A stretch of 64,000 nt of DNA from an uncultured Desulfurococcaceae archaeon (lineage in GTDB: Archaea > Thermoproteota > Thermoprotei_A > Sulfolobales > NBVN01), in the NCBI GenBank assembly GCA_964482405.1, contig CAYZXH010000001.1, forward strand, positions 661-64,660. The letters run 5' to 3'. The translations under genes were made by a program, and so were the position numbers. This document shows, in pieces, positions 10,060 to 20,304 of the stretch (its first letter is position 1; each line of letters opens with the position of its first letter). The notes under the pieces are model-generated. The model was not told where the DNA came from. It saw only the letters and a list, made by a program, of their open reading frames with translations, and did not search any database.

Positions 10060-10305
10060 GTGAAGGCTAGAGAGGCTTTGGGTCTAATAATAACTATCCT
10101 AAGCCTCTTAATATTCGCTTACGAGATACTTTACGTCGGTTTAACGACAGGGAGGATAGGAGTTAAAGGGGATGTGACTAATGACGCCATACTGATTTCC
10201 GCGGGATTTCTACTAATCATTTTAGGTCCTGCGCTGTGGCTCGGTGAAGTGCCTACAAACCTTAAGAAGTTGGTTGAGGCTAAGACCGGGAGGAAGCTGA
10301 GTTAG
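10060..10305 (+). CDS. Small membrane protein (2 TM) preceding cstA
   Basis: 81 aa with two hydrophobic helices. The stop lies 2 nt before the cstA start, so the two are probably co-transcribed. Confidence 0.5.
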   Translation: MKAREALGLIITILSLLIFAYEILYVGLTTGRIGVKGDVTNDAILISAGFLLIILGPALWLGEVPTNLKKLVEAKTGRKLS

Positions 10306-10307
10306 GG

Positions 10308-12161
10308 GTGTCAGCAATGGACGCCACACCAGTAATACTTATACTAGTAGTAACCCTTGCGATATACGGCTTAGCTTACGTCTTCTATGGGAAGAAGATA
10401 CTTGAGAAGAAAGTCGCGAGAGCGAGCCCAGATAGGGTAACCCCCGCCTTCGAGAAATTCGACGGGATTGATTACGTGCCGGCTAACAAGTACGTGCTTT
10501 ACGGACATCACTTTGCGTCAATAGCTGGGGCAGGTCCTATAGTGGGTCCCGCACTAGCGATGGTGTGGGGATGGGGTCTGCCGCTCATATGGGTTCTCTT
10601 CGGCAATATATTTATAGGGGCTGTCCACGATTACTTGGCTATAATGGCTAGCGTGAGGCACGGCGGAGTATCCATAATGAGCATAAGCGAGAACTTGATG
10701 GGGAGGAAAGCTAAGTACATATTCCTCGCGTACGTCTGGTTCGCTCTAGTGCTGGTTTTAGCAGCGTTCTTCAGTGTGGCTTCATCAACTTTCGTGGGCA
10801 CTCCAACCGCGGCAACGATATCAGTTCTATTCATGCCTATAGCGCTATTCTTCGGGTTGCTGGTCTACAGAACCGGGTTAAGTGTTAAGAAGGGAACTGT
10901 AGTAGCTTTAATACTCTTGATATTAGCTTTCTTCTACTCCTTAAACGTTCCTCTCCACCTGACTTACGAGGCGTGGGTGGTAGTTCTCTCACTTTACTCT
11001 ATTGTCGCGGCAGCCCTGCCTGTCTGGTATCTCCTGCAACCCAGAGACTACATAAACGCTTACTTGCTTTGGGCGTTCGTAGCCCTAGCTATTATAGGCG
11101 CGCTCTTCTCATTCAATTACACCTTCACAGGCCCTATATATACAAGCTTCGCAGGTCCAGGCACCCTGATAGGGGCATTGGCAGGTACTTCAACGGGCAG
11201 GGCCTCCATAGCTTACTTCTGGCCAACAGTCCCGTTAGTTATTGCTTGCGGCGCTCTCTCAGGCTTCCACTCAGTAGTTGGTTCCGGAACTACTTCCAAG
11301 CAGTTATCTAGTGAGTTAGATGCTATGCTAGTTGGTTACGGAGGTATGTTAACTGAGGGAGCGGTCTCCTCGCTCGCCGTGATCACGCCCATCGCGCTCG
11401 CCTGGAATTTCGCGGCACTAGCTTCCGCCACAGGTCTCCCAGTATCTGAAGCACTCTTAAAGGCGGGCATAAACACTACGGCAACCCCGATCATCACGGG
11501 ACTTGGGGGAGTGGATAGATTTACTGTTGGTTACGGTTTAGAACAAGCAGTAGCTTGGTCAAGAATTTTCGGTCCCGCAGTATTTGAGAGTACCTTCCTA
11601 ACTTTCAGGACGTTCGCTGCTTGGGCTCTCACAGGGTTCGTTTTAACCACCCTAGACACCTCTAATAGGTTGGCTAGATTTGCTTGGAGAGAACTCTTTG
11701 ACTGGCTCAAGCCTAGGAACGAATTAGCCTACAAAGTAATAACGAATAGGTGGGTTGCTTCAGTTATATCAGTAATTCTGGGCGCTATCATGGCTTACCC
11801 CAAGATAGAGGTCTACATACCGGAACTTAACAAGACTACGGTAGTCTACGCGTACTCGATTGTTTGGCCTGCGTTCGCAGGCACTAACCAGTTGCTAGCA
11901 GCACTAGCCTTACTTACCGCCGCGTTATGGGCTTACGCAATACAGAAGGTTAGGGGAGGTACTTCACTGCTAATAATGATTCCAGCGCTCTTCTTATGGA
12001 TAACTGTCACTGCAGGTCTTATATGGTGGCTTTACGCTGTAGTTCCCGGACTACCGCCACTCTACCAAATCGGTGCGGGAACAGTAGTAGCTATATCAGT
12101 AGTGCTTGATTTCCTGCTAATAGGACTCTTCGTTACAGGACTCAGGAGAGCCAGATCATAA
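10308..12161 (+). CDS. cstA: Carbon starvation protein CstA family transporter (peptide/pyruvate uptake)
   Basis: YGHHFASIAGAGPIVGP signature. 617 aa and highly polytopic. An oligo-T tract (AATTTTTCTTCTC) follows the stop. Confidence 0.85.
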   Translation: MSAMDATPVILILVVTLAIYGLAYVFYGKKILEKKVARASPDRVTPAFEKFDGIDYVPANKYVLYGHHFASIAGAGPIVGPALAMVWGWGLPLIWVLFGNIFIGAVHDYLAIMASVRHGGVSIMSISENLMGRKAKYIFLAYVWFALVLVLAAFFSVASSTFVGTPTAATISVLFMPIALFFGLLVYRTGLSVKKGTVVALILLILAFFYSLNVPLHLTYEAWVVVLSLYSIVAAALPVWYLLQPRDYINAYLLWAFVALAIIGALFSFNYTFTGPIYTSFAGPGTLIGALAGTSTGRASIAYFWPTVPLVIACGALSGFHSVVGSGTTSKQLSSELDAMLVGYGGMLTEGAVSSLAVITPIALAWNFAALASATGLPVSEALLKAGINTTATPIITGLGGVDRFTVGYGLEQAVAWSRIFGPAVFESTFLTFRTFAAWALTGFVLTTLDTSNRLARFAWRELFDWLKPRNELAYKVITNRWVASVISVILGAIMAYPKIEVYIPELNKTTVVYAYSIVWPAFAGTNQLLAALALLTAALWAYAIQKVRGGTSLLIMIPALFLWITVTAGLIWWLYAVVPGLPPLYQIGAGTVVAISVVLDFLLIGLFVTGLRRARS

Positions 12162-12278
12162 ACGATAATTTTTCTTCTCAACCCAAAATTTTCTGAGGAC
12201 TTTCTAAGTTCTTCTCGTGTGGTCTCCTAGTTTCTAACACTCAGTTTATTAGGTGGGTTGCTTAAGTAGGTTTATGGA

Positions 12279-12584
12279 GTGGGTGAGGAAATGTTTAAGG
12301 TTTTTAAGAAGATTTTGAGGGAGTTCATAAGCTTCGTTAGTGGAGTTAATCAAGCGATAATTGAGGATAGCGTTAGTGCTCTCGAACTGGAGCATAACGA
12401 ACTTGAGGCAACCTTCTTAACAATAGTTTTAGGCCCTTTAGTAGGGGTTACTATGCTCTCCCCTATCCTCAGCCTAGAATTACTTGAGGCTCTCAAGAAC
12501 GAGGTCAAGATTCTTGAGAATAGGGCTGTGAGAGGTGAAGACGTGTTAGGAGATTTAATGGCTTCCCTGGGTGGTGAGTGGTGA
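12279..12584 (+). CDS. Hypothetical small protein with a central hydrophobic segment
   Basis: 101 aa, overlapping the downstream ArsA-like gene by 7 nt. The hydrophobic stretch is ATFLTIVLGPLVGVTMLSPILSL. Confidence 0.45.
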   Translation: MGEEMFKVFKKILREFISFVSGVNQAIIEDSVSALELEHNELEATFLTIVLGPLVGVTMLSPILSLELLEALKNEVKILENRAVRGEDVLGDLMASLGGEW

Positions 12585-13540
12585 TTAACTTAGTTGATTT
12601 ACTGAAACCTATTGAGGGAGCTCCACACGTAGTCATGGTTTTGGGTAAGGGAGGTGTGGGGAAGACCTCCACGTCAATACTAATATCTAGAGAGTTAAGT
12701 GAATTGGGGAGAACACTCCTAGTGAGTTTTGACCCAGCTAAACACATACTCAAATACTTAAATATAGATAGGCCGGCTGAAGTGATTGAGGTAAGTGATG
12801 GTTTCTTCGTGAGTCAACTAGATATTGAGGCTTCCGCTAGGGAGTTGACGTCCAGATACTCGGACTTGATTAGCGACTTATTTCCCTCACTCTCAGTTCT
12901 TAACTTAGAAGACATTACTAAGGCTCTTAAGTACGCTCCAGGAGTTGAGGAGGAAGTATTCCTTAACTGGTTGAGTAATGCTTACGAGAACAAGAACTTC
13001 AGATTCATAGTGATAGACACCCCACCCACAGGCATCTCCTTAAGAACTTTAACATTGCCAAAGCTTTACCTCATATGGCTTGAGAAATTAATTAATATAA
13101 GGGAGAGGATCGTGTCACTTAGGTACGTGATAGCTAAGACTTTAGGTAGGGAGATCAAGGTTAGTGATCCGGCACTAATCAGATTATATGAGATGCGGGA
13201 GAAATACAGTAAAGTTAAAGAAGCTTTAACAGATCCTTCAAGAACGTCTTTCGTAGCCGTAACGAACCCCGAACCCCTCCCCATGTACGAGTTGAAGGAA
13301 GTCCTTAAATTCCTGAGTGAGGAGCTCTCAGCGTCTCCCAAATTGTTGGTAATGAATAAGGTCCTCCCGGAAGATATTGCTGTTAAGTTAGGGTCTTACG
13401 AGGAACAGAAAGCTATTATCGAGGAGTTCACAAGTTTATCCGGTAGATCTATAATGATACCTTACGTCAGTAACCCCCCGTCAAAACTGGAGGACATCCT
13501 GAGGCTGAGGGAGGCAGTAACGGTAGTTAAGGGTGTGTGA
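12578..13540 (+). CDS. ArsA/Get3-family SIMIBI ATPase
   Basis: Deviant Walker A GKGGVGKTS, then SFDPAKH (ArsA STDPAH-like) and VIDTPPTG (ArsA DTAPTGHT-like, with the His replaced). The protein contains no Cys, so it lacks the Get3 CxxC zinc motif. Confidence 0.75.
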   Translation: MVINLVDLLKPIEGAPHVVMVLGKGGVGKTSTSILISRELSELGRTLLVSFDPAKHILKYLNIDRPAEVIEVSDGFFVSQLDIEASARELTSRYSDLISDLFPSLSVLNLEDITKALKYAPGVEEEVFLNWLSNAYENKNFRFIVIDTPPTGISLRTLTLPKLYLIWLEKLINIRERIVSLRYVIAKTLGREIKVSDPALIRLYEMREKYSKVKEALTDPSRTSFVAVTNPEPLPMYELKEVLKFLSEELSASPKLLVMNKVLPEDIAVKLGSYEEQKAIIEEFTSLSGRSIMIPYVSNPPSKLEDILRLREAVTVVKGV

Positions 13541-14199
13541 TCTTGGCTATAGAAGTAGTGGCTTTCACGATATTAGTGGCCGCGTCATCTGCTTCAGTGA
13601 TCTGGTACTTCAGAGCTAGGAGAAAGATACTCAAGTTTATTAAGGAATTCACCGAGGAACTTGAGAAAGAGTTGAGACCGAGTGATAAGGAATATGTTCT
13701 TCTAGGGTATCTAGTCGGGTATAGAGCTAGGTATAAGCTCGAGGATGGGAAGAACGTGTACGTACTTTTAACCACTGCACCAAAGCATTCCCTCTTTTAC
13801 TACCCGATAGCTAGGGCGTTGGGGCATGAAGACCGAGTAACCGTAATGCTGGAGCTCGCCGGAAGAAACGTCTTAAGAGACCTCCATGCAGTTAGGAAGA
13901 ACGAGTCTAGGTTACTCAACGTCCTACTGAGGGATCTGAATGAGCGAGCGGAAAGACTGAACAGAACCATCGTGGAGACTAGTAAGGGCGATTACGAGGT
14001 TTTTTATGAGGAGCCCAGAGACCTAGACTTAATTAGGAAGATAATAGATTCAAGAACTAAGTCCCTGCTAAAGCTATCGGCGTACAAGGACCGCAACGCG
14101 GTCGAAATAGTTTCTAAGGCTGAGCTAGGCTCGGTTAACGAGTTGCTCGGGTCTCTGAAGATGTTTGCTAGAAGCGTTAGCAAGAGCGTTAAAGCATGA
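13537..14199 (+). CDS. N-terminally membrane-anchored hypothetical protein
   Basis: 220 aa with one N-terminal TM helix (ILAIEVVAFTILVAASSASVIWYF) followed by a charged soluble domain. It overlaps the ArsA-like gene by 4 nt. Confidence 0.5.
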   Translation: MILAIEVVAFTILVAASSASVIWYFRARRKILKFIKEFTEELEKELRPSDKEYVLLGYLVGYRARYKLEDGKNVYVLLTTAPKHSLFYYPIARALGHEDRVTVMLELAGRNVLRDLHAVRKNESRLLNVLLRDLNERAERLNRTIVETSKGDYEVFYEEPRDLDLIRKIIDSRTKSLLKLSAYKDRNAVEIVSKAELGSVNELLGSLKMFARSVSKSVKA

Positions 14200-14269
14200 C
14201 GCCATTCTCGGTATATAGTCAATGCCTTGTGCTCGACTCGCGGTGAACACGTGACAAGAAGTAAATAAA

Positions 14270-15094
14270 TCAACGGCTTAATTTTGCTTTTATGGAATTA
14301 TCTATCTCAATCCCTATCTCTCTAGACCTTTTAAACGAGGTTTCTACCACCTCTATTAGGCCTGCTTTTATTCCCTTACTCTCTAGTATCTTCAGCCCTT
14401 GGATCGTGGTGCCTGAGGGTGTCGTTACTTCATCCCTGATTTCTATGGGGTGTGTGCCTAGCTCCCTCAGTAGTTTCACTGTTCCTTCAATCATGTCTAG
14501 CGTTGCTTTGTAAGCTATGTCTCTAGTCATTCCTGAAGATACAGCTCCTAAGACGAGCCCGTCTATTATTTCAGCCATAAATGCCGGCCCACTACCCACT
14601 AAACTCGTCCAAATATCTAGGTATTCTTCAGGAACCCAATACACACTACCGAAACACCTAAAAACACCTTCTATGAGGGAGCGGTCTTCTGAGTTGTTAT
14701 TATTGGTTGCTATGGCGGTGGCAGACCTACTTACTAACGTGTTAATATTCGGCATAGCTCTGAAGACTTTAGCTCCCTGTAGAACCCTGCTCAGAGTCTC
14801 TAACCTAACGCCAGCCATCACGGAGACTACTAACTTACCTGACCAGAAATCAATTGGGACTTGATTATAGACATCTAAGAAATGATAAGGCTTAACACTC
14901 ACGATTACTAAATCAGAATTACGTACTACGTAAGCGTTATCCCTGCTTACCTTAGCACCAAATCTTAAAGCCCTACTTAAAGTTTCCTCACTCCTACCGC
15001 TTGCGTAAACCTCTAAACTAGGCGTGCATGACTTGAGAGCTCTAATAATAGCTGACCCTATCCTGCCAGCGCCCAAGATCCCCACACTACGCAT
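14270..15094 (-). CDS. proC: Pyrroline-5-carboxylate reductase
   Basis: N-terminal GILGAGRIGSAI Rossmann motif, GSGPAF, and the C-terminal VTTPSGTTIQGL P5CR signature. Confidence 0.85.
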   Translation of the reverse strand: MRSVGILGAGRIGSAIIRALKSCTPSLEVYASGRSEETLSRALRFGAKVSRDNAYVVRNSDLVIVSVKPYHFLDVYNQVPIDFWSGKLVVSVMAGVRLETLSRVLQGAKVFRAMPNINTLVSRSATAIATNNNNSEDRSLIEGVFRCFGSVYWVPEEYLDIWTSLVGSGPAFMAEIIDGLVLGAVSSGMTRDIAYKATLDMIEGTVKLLRELGTHPIEIRDEVTTPSGTTIQGLKILESKGIKAGLIEVVETSFKRSREIGIEIDNSIKAKLSR

Positions 15095-15246
15095 GATCGT
15101 CCCTCACCATGTCAACGAAAGTCTTAATTCAATATCACGTTTATAAGTATTCACAGTCGTAATGTCGGAAATCTAAAAACTAAAAATATGTGTTGTTCAA
15201 TTTAAGTATCTAAGAGGGAATAAGCTGCACTGATTCAGGATAGTAT

Positions 15247-15259
15247 AAAAGTTTAAAAA
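15247..15259 (+). promoter_or_regulatory. TATA/BRE-like box AAAAGTTTAAAAA for the first Liv-type operon
   Basis: The box ends 33 nt upstream of the ATG. GGTG (SD-like) lies at 15284-15287. Near-identical boxes precede the second Liv operon and the 5S rRNA. Confidence 0.45.
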
Positions 15260-15291
15260 CTCTCGCTAGAATCTATAATGTAAGGTGTACT

Positions 15292-16617
15292 ATGATGTCA
15301 AAACGTTCACTCAAAAAAGCTATTTCTAAAACTATGAGTCTCGTGATAGGTCTTATAATAGTGATTGCCGTTGTGGCCGGTGTCTTGATATACTTAACTA
15401 GTCAGCCACCACTCACAACCACCACACCAACCACGACTACTAAGCCGACTATAGAGAAAGTTAAGATAGGTATTATAGAGCCTTTAACAGGACGTTACGC
15501 GGTCTTCGGTCAGGAAGCGGTTGACGCCGCCAGACTCTTAGTAGATATAATAAATAACGAGTTAGGCGGTGTTAGTTCGTTGGGTGGTGCTAAGCTGGAG
15601 TTATACGTTGAGGATGCTGGAACAAGCCCTGACTCAGCGGCTTTAGCTGCTGAGAGGCTTATCTCGAATTACAGACCTCACGTAATATTAGGAGCTTACA
15701 TAAGTAGGCTTACGGCTGCAGTAGCTGAAGTAACTGAGAGGGAGAAAATACCTTTAGTTATGGACGCCTTAGTAGACTGGCTAACTGAGAAAGGCTGGAA
15801 CTACGTCTTTAGGTTAGCTCCTAGAGCGAGCACTCATGGCAAGGCTGCCGTAGACTTCGTTCTAGAGATGGCTAAAAAAACCAATATGACGATACGTACT
15901 GTAGTAGTACTTCATGAAGACTCTATATTCGGCACCACCGTAGCTAACGGTGTGAGATCACAATTAATAGCTAAGGGTGTGATACCTAATGAGACAATAA
16001 CCTACGCGTACACCATAACAGATTTCGGACCGATAATCTCTAAGATTAGGGACTTAAACCCGGACGTGATATTCAGTGTTCCTTACTTTAGCGACGGGAT
16101 ACTCTTCGCCAAAGCCTTACAAGCTTCAGGAATTAAGGTCAAGTTCATAGCCGGCGCTGGCGGGTGTGGTTATACGGATCCAGACTCCATAAGAGAGGCT
16201 GGTGAAGCCGTAGAATACTTCACTAACACGTACAGCTACAACCCAGCTCGCCAGACCGAGTGGAACAAACGTATTGTACAAGCATTCCAGCAAAAATATG
16301 GTAAGCTACCTACTGAAGCAGCAGGCATTATATTCTACTCACTAATGTTCGTTTACGAGGGGCTGGAGAAAGCAGGGCAAATGTTTCCTGAAGACCCACT
16401 AAACCCAGATAATTTGAGAGCTGCCTTCCTATCACTAGATCTAAACGACTCTAACAGTATAGCGGCTCAATTATACCCAACTGGTAGAGTAAAGCTAGCA
16501 TCTAACGGTGAGAACCTCCACGGAGGTACTGCGATCCTTCAAGTCATTGGAGGTCAGCCTAAGGTAGTATGGCCTGAAGCTGAGGAGGGCGTAACCCCAG
16601 TTTTCCCGAGACCTTAA
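15292..16617 (+). CDS. ABC transporter substrate-binding protein, branched-chain amino acid (LivJ/K) type, membrane-anchored
   Basis: N-terminal TM helix, a Thr/Pro-rich linker (TTTTPTTTTKPT) and a type I periplasmic-binding-protein-like body (IGIIEPLTGRYAVFG). It is the first gene of an SBP-H-M-G-F operon. Confidence 0.8.
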   Translation: MMSKRSLKKAISKTMSLVIGLIIVIAVVAGVLIYLTSQPPLTTTTPTTTTKPTIEKVKIGIIEPLTGRYAVFGQEAVDAARLLVDIINNELGGVSSLGGAKLELYVEDAGTSPDSAALAAERLISNYRPHVILGAYISRLTAAVAEVTEREKIPLVMDALVDWLTEKGWNYVFRLAPRASTHGKAAVDFVLEMAKKTNMTIRTVVVLHEDSIFGTTVANGVRSQLIAKGVIPNETITYAYTITDFGPIISKIRDLNPDVIFSVPYFSDGILFAKALQASGIKVKFIAGAGGCGYTDPDSIREAGEAVEYFTNTYSYNPARQTEWNKRIVQAFQQKYGKLPTEAAGIIFYSLMFVYEGLEKAGQMFPEDPLNPDNLRAAFLSLDLNDSNSIAAQLYPTGRVKLASNGENLHGGTAILQVIGGQPKVVWPEAEEGVTPVFPRP

Positions 16618-16673
16618 ACCTTAAAGTTTTTTAGCTTAAGATAATTCTTTTAATGTGATCAGGTGAAGCTAGA

Positions 16674-17546
16674 ATGTTACCTAGTCTTAACCTATTACTT
16701 CAGAGCATCCTAGACGGGATCTTTCTAGGTTTTCTATACTCCATCATGGCTCTAGGACTCTCGCTAGTGTTCGGCGTCATGGGGATAATAAACTTTGCCC
16801 ACGGGGACTTCATCATGTTAGGTTCCTACCTAGTATGGATACTGGCTAACAGCCTGAGATCAGATCCTTCGTTGATGTCCGTAATTACGGTACCTCTCTT
16901 CTTTGTGATTGGTGCAGCTATCTACACGATCATTATAAGACCTGTCTTGGGTAAGGAACCATTAATACAGATAGCAGTCACTGTTGGGGTGGGGTACGTC
17001 CTACAAAACCTTGCTTTAATGACGTTTAGGGCAGAGCCTAGAGCTGTCCAGATCTCCTATTTGAACTTTTACGTGGATCTAGGTTTAGTTAGTGTTCACG
17101 CGGCTAAACTCGTTTCCGCATTCCTCAGTTTTCTCATAGTGTTAGGGGTTCATTACCTCCTAACTAAGACTTGGGTTGGCTTAGCTATTAGAGCGACTGC
17201 CTATGATAGGGAGGTGGCGTCTTTAATGGGTATTAACGTAGGTAAAATATTCTTATTGGTTTTCGGTCTCGGAATAGCTCTCACAGGTCTTGCAGCATCT
17301 CTCTGGATGACTTTCGGGCAAGCCGATCCCTATATAGGTTCTTCCTTCGGTCTGCTGACTTGGGTTATAATAGCGTTAGGAGGTTTAGGTGGGGTTTCAG
17401 GTCTTTTGGCGTCAAGCATCATAGTGGGGATTATACAGTCTTTGACGATGACCTTAGTCTCGCCTACGGTTAGTCTAGCAATACCTTACGTGGTCTTCAT
17501 AGTAGTGTTGTGGTTTAGACCGCAGGGGCTTTTCGGTAAGGGGTGA
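16674..17546 (+). CDS. livH: Branched-chain amino acid ABC permease (LivH type)
   Basis: 290 aa, polytopic. NFAHGDFIMLGSY is the typical LivH N-terminal motif. Confidence 0.85.
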   Translation: MLPSLNLLLQSILDGIFLGFLYSIMALGLSLVFGVMGIINFAHGDFIMLGSYLVWILANSLRSDPSLMSVITVPLFFVIGAAIYTIIIRPVLGKEPLIQIAVTVGVGYVLQNLALMTFRAEPRAVQISYLNFYVDLGLVSVHAAKLVSAFLSFLIVLGVHYLLTKTWVGLAIRATAYDREVASLMGINVGKIFLLVFGLGIALTGLAASLWMTFGQADPYIGSSFGLLTWVIIALGGLGGVSGLLASSIIVGIIQSLTMTLVSPTVSLAIPYVVFIVVLWFRPQGLFGKG

Positions 17547-17551
17547 ATTAA

Positions 17552-18538
17552 GTGAGGTCGAGAGATTCATTCTCTATAATCTTACCAGCTCTCATCGTAG
17601 TGGTTGCTGGAGCGTCTATACCGTTCTTAGTAGGTTTTAATCAGTACTACATATTGTTAGCTCTTCAATCCGTCATAGTGGCTTCTATAGCTCTCGCGTG
17701 GAACATAATTGGTGGTTATGCAGGACAACTAGATTTAGCTTCATTTGCTTACATAGGTCTCGGAGGGATACTAGCGACAATGCTAATGATAGAATATAAT
17801 ATAACGCCGTGGGCCGGCATGTTCTTAGGTGCCGGAATCTCAGCGGCTTTAGCTTTTGTTATAGGATATCCTCTCTTCCGTTTCGGTATAAGAGGGGTGT
17901 GGTACGCCTTATCAACTGCCGCGCTGGTGGTGATTCTACATGAAGTCTCTATAATGGTTTTAGGACCTTTCGATTACTATATACCGCTCCTTGAGGGCTG
18001 GTACTACCTCAGGTTTAGGACTTGGGAGAATCTCTACTACTTTAGCTTAATAGTATTAGCTTTCGTCATCTCGTTAAACCTCTACATAAGTAGGAGTAAG
18101 GTAGGGTACTACCTGAAAGCTATAAGAGAGGATGAGGTGGCTGCTGAGGCCGTAGGCATAGATATAAGGAAGTATAAGTTGCTGGCTTTAATGACTTACG
18201 CGTCTATCCTAGGCTTCGTCGGATACATATATATAGTCTCGCAGAGAACATTCTCCTACAATACCTTTAGCGGTCCTCAATCAGTCTACATAGCTATAAT
18301 AGGTATAGTGGGCGGGTTAGGATCCGTGAGCGGGGTGTTTACTGCTGCTATAATACTTAAGATCGTTGAGGAGTATTTGAGGGGTTACTTAGGTGGTGCC
18401 TTGCCGGGCCTCCATCTACTCTTATTCGGTGTGTTGCTAATAACTGTAGGTATCTTAAGGCCTGAAGGACTCTCATCACTTACGGACACACTAGTTAAGA
18501 AAGTTAAGACTAGAATATGGGGTGGTGTTCGTGAGTGA
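17552..18538 (+). CDS. livM: Branched-chain amino acid ABC permease (LivM type)
   Basis: 328 aa, polytopic. GGYAGQLDLASFAY and AIREDEVAAEAVGI are LivM-type motifs. Confidence 0.85.
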   Translation: MRSRDSFSIILPALIVVVAGASIPFLVGFNQYYILLALQSVIVASIALAWNIIGGYAGQLDLASFAYIGLGGILATMLMIEYNITPWAGMFLGAGISAALAFVIGYPLFRFGIRGVWYALSTAALVVILHEVSIMVLGPFDYYIPLLEGWYYLRFRTWENLYYFSLIVLAFVISLNLYISRSKVGYYLKAIREDEVAAEAVGIDIRKYKLLALMTYASILGFVGYIYIVSQRTFSYNTFSGPQSVYIAIIGIVGGLGSVSGVFTAAIILKIVEEYLRGYLGGALPGLHLLLFGVLLITVGILRPEGLSSLTDTLVKKVKTRIWGGVRE

Positions 18539-19265
18539 TGCAGTCTTACTCGAGGTAATTAATCTTAGTAAGCGTTTCGGGGGTATTATAGCGCTTAATA
18601 ACGTGAGTATGAGGATAACTAAAGGCGAGATTCTGGGTATAATAGGTCCTAACGGAGCAGGTAAGACGACGTTCGTGAATTGCGTGACAGGGATCTACAA
18701 GCCTGATAGCGGGAGAGTCATCTTCTTAGGGGAGGACATAACAGGTAAGCAACCTCACTTCATAGCACTGAAAGGTATTGCGAGGACGTGGCAGAAGATA
18801 AGACCCTTCTATAACATGACAGTAATTGAAGCAGTCACTGCCGGAGCCTTACTGAGAACTAAAGACGTTCTTAAAGCTAGAAAGGAAGCTGCGGAAATCC
18901 TTGAGTTTGTAGGTATTCCTAGAAGTAAGTTCGAGGTCCTCGGCAAGAATATTGCTTTGATAGAGCATAAGTTAGTGGATCTAGCTAGGGCTATAGCCAC
19001 CAAACCTAAGCTACTATTCCTAGATGAGGTGGTGGCTGGGCTGAGACCTCATGAAGTCGACGTTATAGCTGACGTGGTTAAGAAGGTTAATAGGGAGATG
19101 GGGATAACCTTAGGCGTGATAGAGCACGTCATGAGGTTCGTGATGAACATCAGTGACAGGATAGTGGTATTACATGAAGGGAGGTTGCTAACGCAGGGAA
19201 GGCCTGCTGAGGTCGCGAGAGATCCTCTAGTAGTGGAAGCTTACTTAGGTACTAAACCTGTTTAG
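18522..19265 (+). CDS. livG: Branched-chain amino acid ABC ATPase (LivG type)
   Basis: Walker A GPNGAGKTT, Walker B LLFLDEV and the C-terminal VVEAYLG motif typical of LivG. Confidence 0.85.
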   Translation: MVFVSDAVLLEVINLSKRFGGIIALNNVSMRITKGEILGIIGPNGAGKTTFVNCVTGIYKPDSGRVIFLGEDITGKQPHFIALKGIARTWQKIRPFYNMTVIEAVTAGALLRTKDVLKARKEAAEILEFVGIPRSKFEVLGKNIALIEHKLVDLARAIATKPKLLFLDEVVAGLRPHEVDVIADVVKKVNREMGITLGVIEHVMRFVMNISDRIVVLHEGRLLTQGRPAEVARDPLVVEAYLGTKPV

Positions 19266-19266
19266 G

Positions 19267-19995
19267 GTGATGCACGTGAAGAACACACTACTTGAGTTAA
19301 TAAATGTGGAAGCTGGCTATGGAGTATTCAGAGTTCTTCACGGCGTTAGTCTTAGGGTAGATAAGGGGGAGATTGTAGCTTTAGTAGGTCCTAACGGCGC
19401 TGGCAAAACAACAACTTTGAAGAGTATTGTGGGTCTCACAAACCTCTTCAAGGGTGAGATAATGTTTGATGGCTCAAGAATCGATGACGTCCCAACATAT
19501 GATAGGATCAAGAAGGGGTTAGCGCTAGTTCCTGAGGGCAGGGGGATCTTCGCACCCTTAACAGTGCTTGAGAATCTCTACTTAGGTGCTTACCACAAGG
19601 AAGCGAGGCAAAAACTTAATGATTCTCTTGAAATGGTGTTCACCATATTTCCCAAGCTTAAGGAGAGGAGAAATCAAATAGCCGGCACACTCTCTGGAGG
19701 GGAGTCGCAGATGCTCGCTATAGGTAGGGCCTTGATGTCGAGACCTAAGATACTGCTATTAGATGAGCCAAGTCTCGGCTTAGCACCTAAGATAGTCTCA
19801 GAACTCTTCCATGTATTTAAGGAGTTAAACGAGGAATGGAAAGTTACTTTACTCCTAGTAGAGCAACACGTTAAGAACTCCTTAGAGATCTCTCACAGAG
19901 CTTACGTGATGGAGTCAGGCAAGATCGTATTGGAAGGGGAGAGCTCAGCATTAATAAATGATGAGAGATTGCGGAAAGCTTACTTAATAATATAA
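19267..19995 (+). CDS. livF: Branched-chain amino acid ABC ATPase (LivF type)
   Basis: Walker A GPNGAGKTT, signature LSGGESQML, Walker B LLLLDEPS and the C-terminal LRKAYL. Confidence 0.85.
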   Translation: MMHVKNTLLELINVEAGYGVFRVLHGVSLRVDKGEIVALVGPNGAGKTTTLKSIVGLTNLFKGEIMFDGSRIDDVPTYDRIKKGLALVPEGRGIFAPLTVLENLYLGAYHKEARQKLNDSLEMVFTIFPKLKERRNQIAGTLSGGESQMLAIGRALMSRPKILLLDEPSLGLAPKIVSELFHVFKELNEEWKVTLLLVEQHVKNSLEISHRAYVMESGKIVLEGESSALINDERLRKAYLII

Positions 19996-20091
19996 GTATA
20001 ACGCGGTCATAAAACTCTCCAATTTCTCCACGGATCTTTATTCCTTTGAATAGTACACGTTGAAAACTTTTAATCTGATAATCCCTATTTT

Positions 20092-20304
20092 GTGGGTGAT
20101 GTGTTGGAGGAACCTCCTACGGGACCCAGAAAACATCAGGTCGTTATTGGCTTGATTATCTTTGTCGTGTGGATTGCTTTACTACCTCTGGTTAACAGGT
20201 CTGATATTAAGGTTTTAGGTATCCCCTTGCTTTGGTTCTACTACATATTGCTATCCGTAGCTACGACTTTAGTGATAACTTTCATGTACTTGTTTGAGAG
20301 GTGA
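20092..20304 (+). CDS. Small 2-TM protein coupled to the SSS transporter (accessory-subunit-like)
   Basis: 70 aa with two hydrophobic helices. It overlaps the downstream symporter gene by 4 nt. Confidence 0.5.
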   Translation: MGDVLEEPPTGPRKHQVVIGLIIFVVWIALLPLVNRSDIKVLGIPLLWFYYILLSVATTLVITFMYLFER

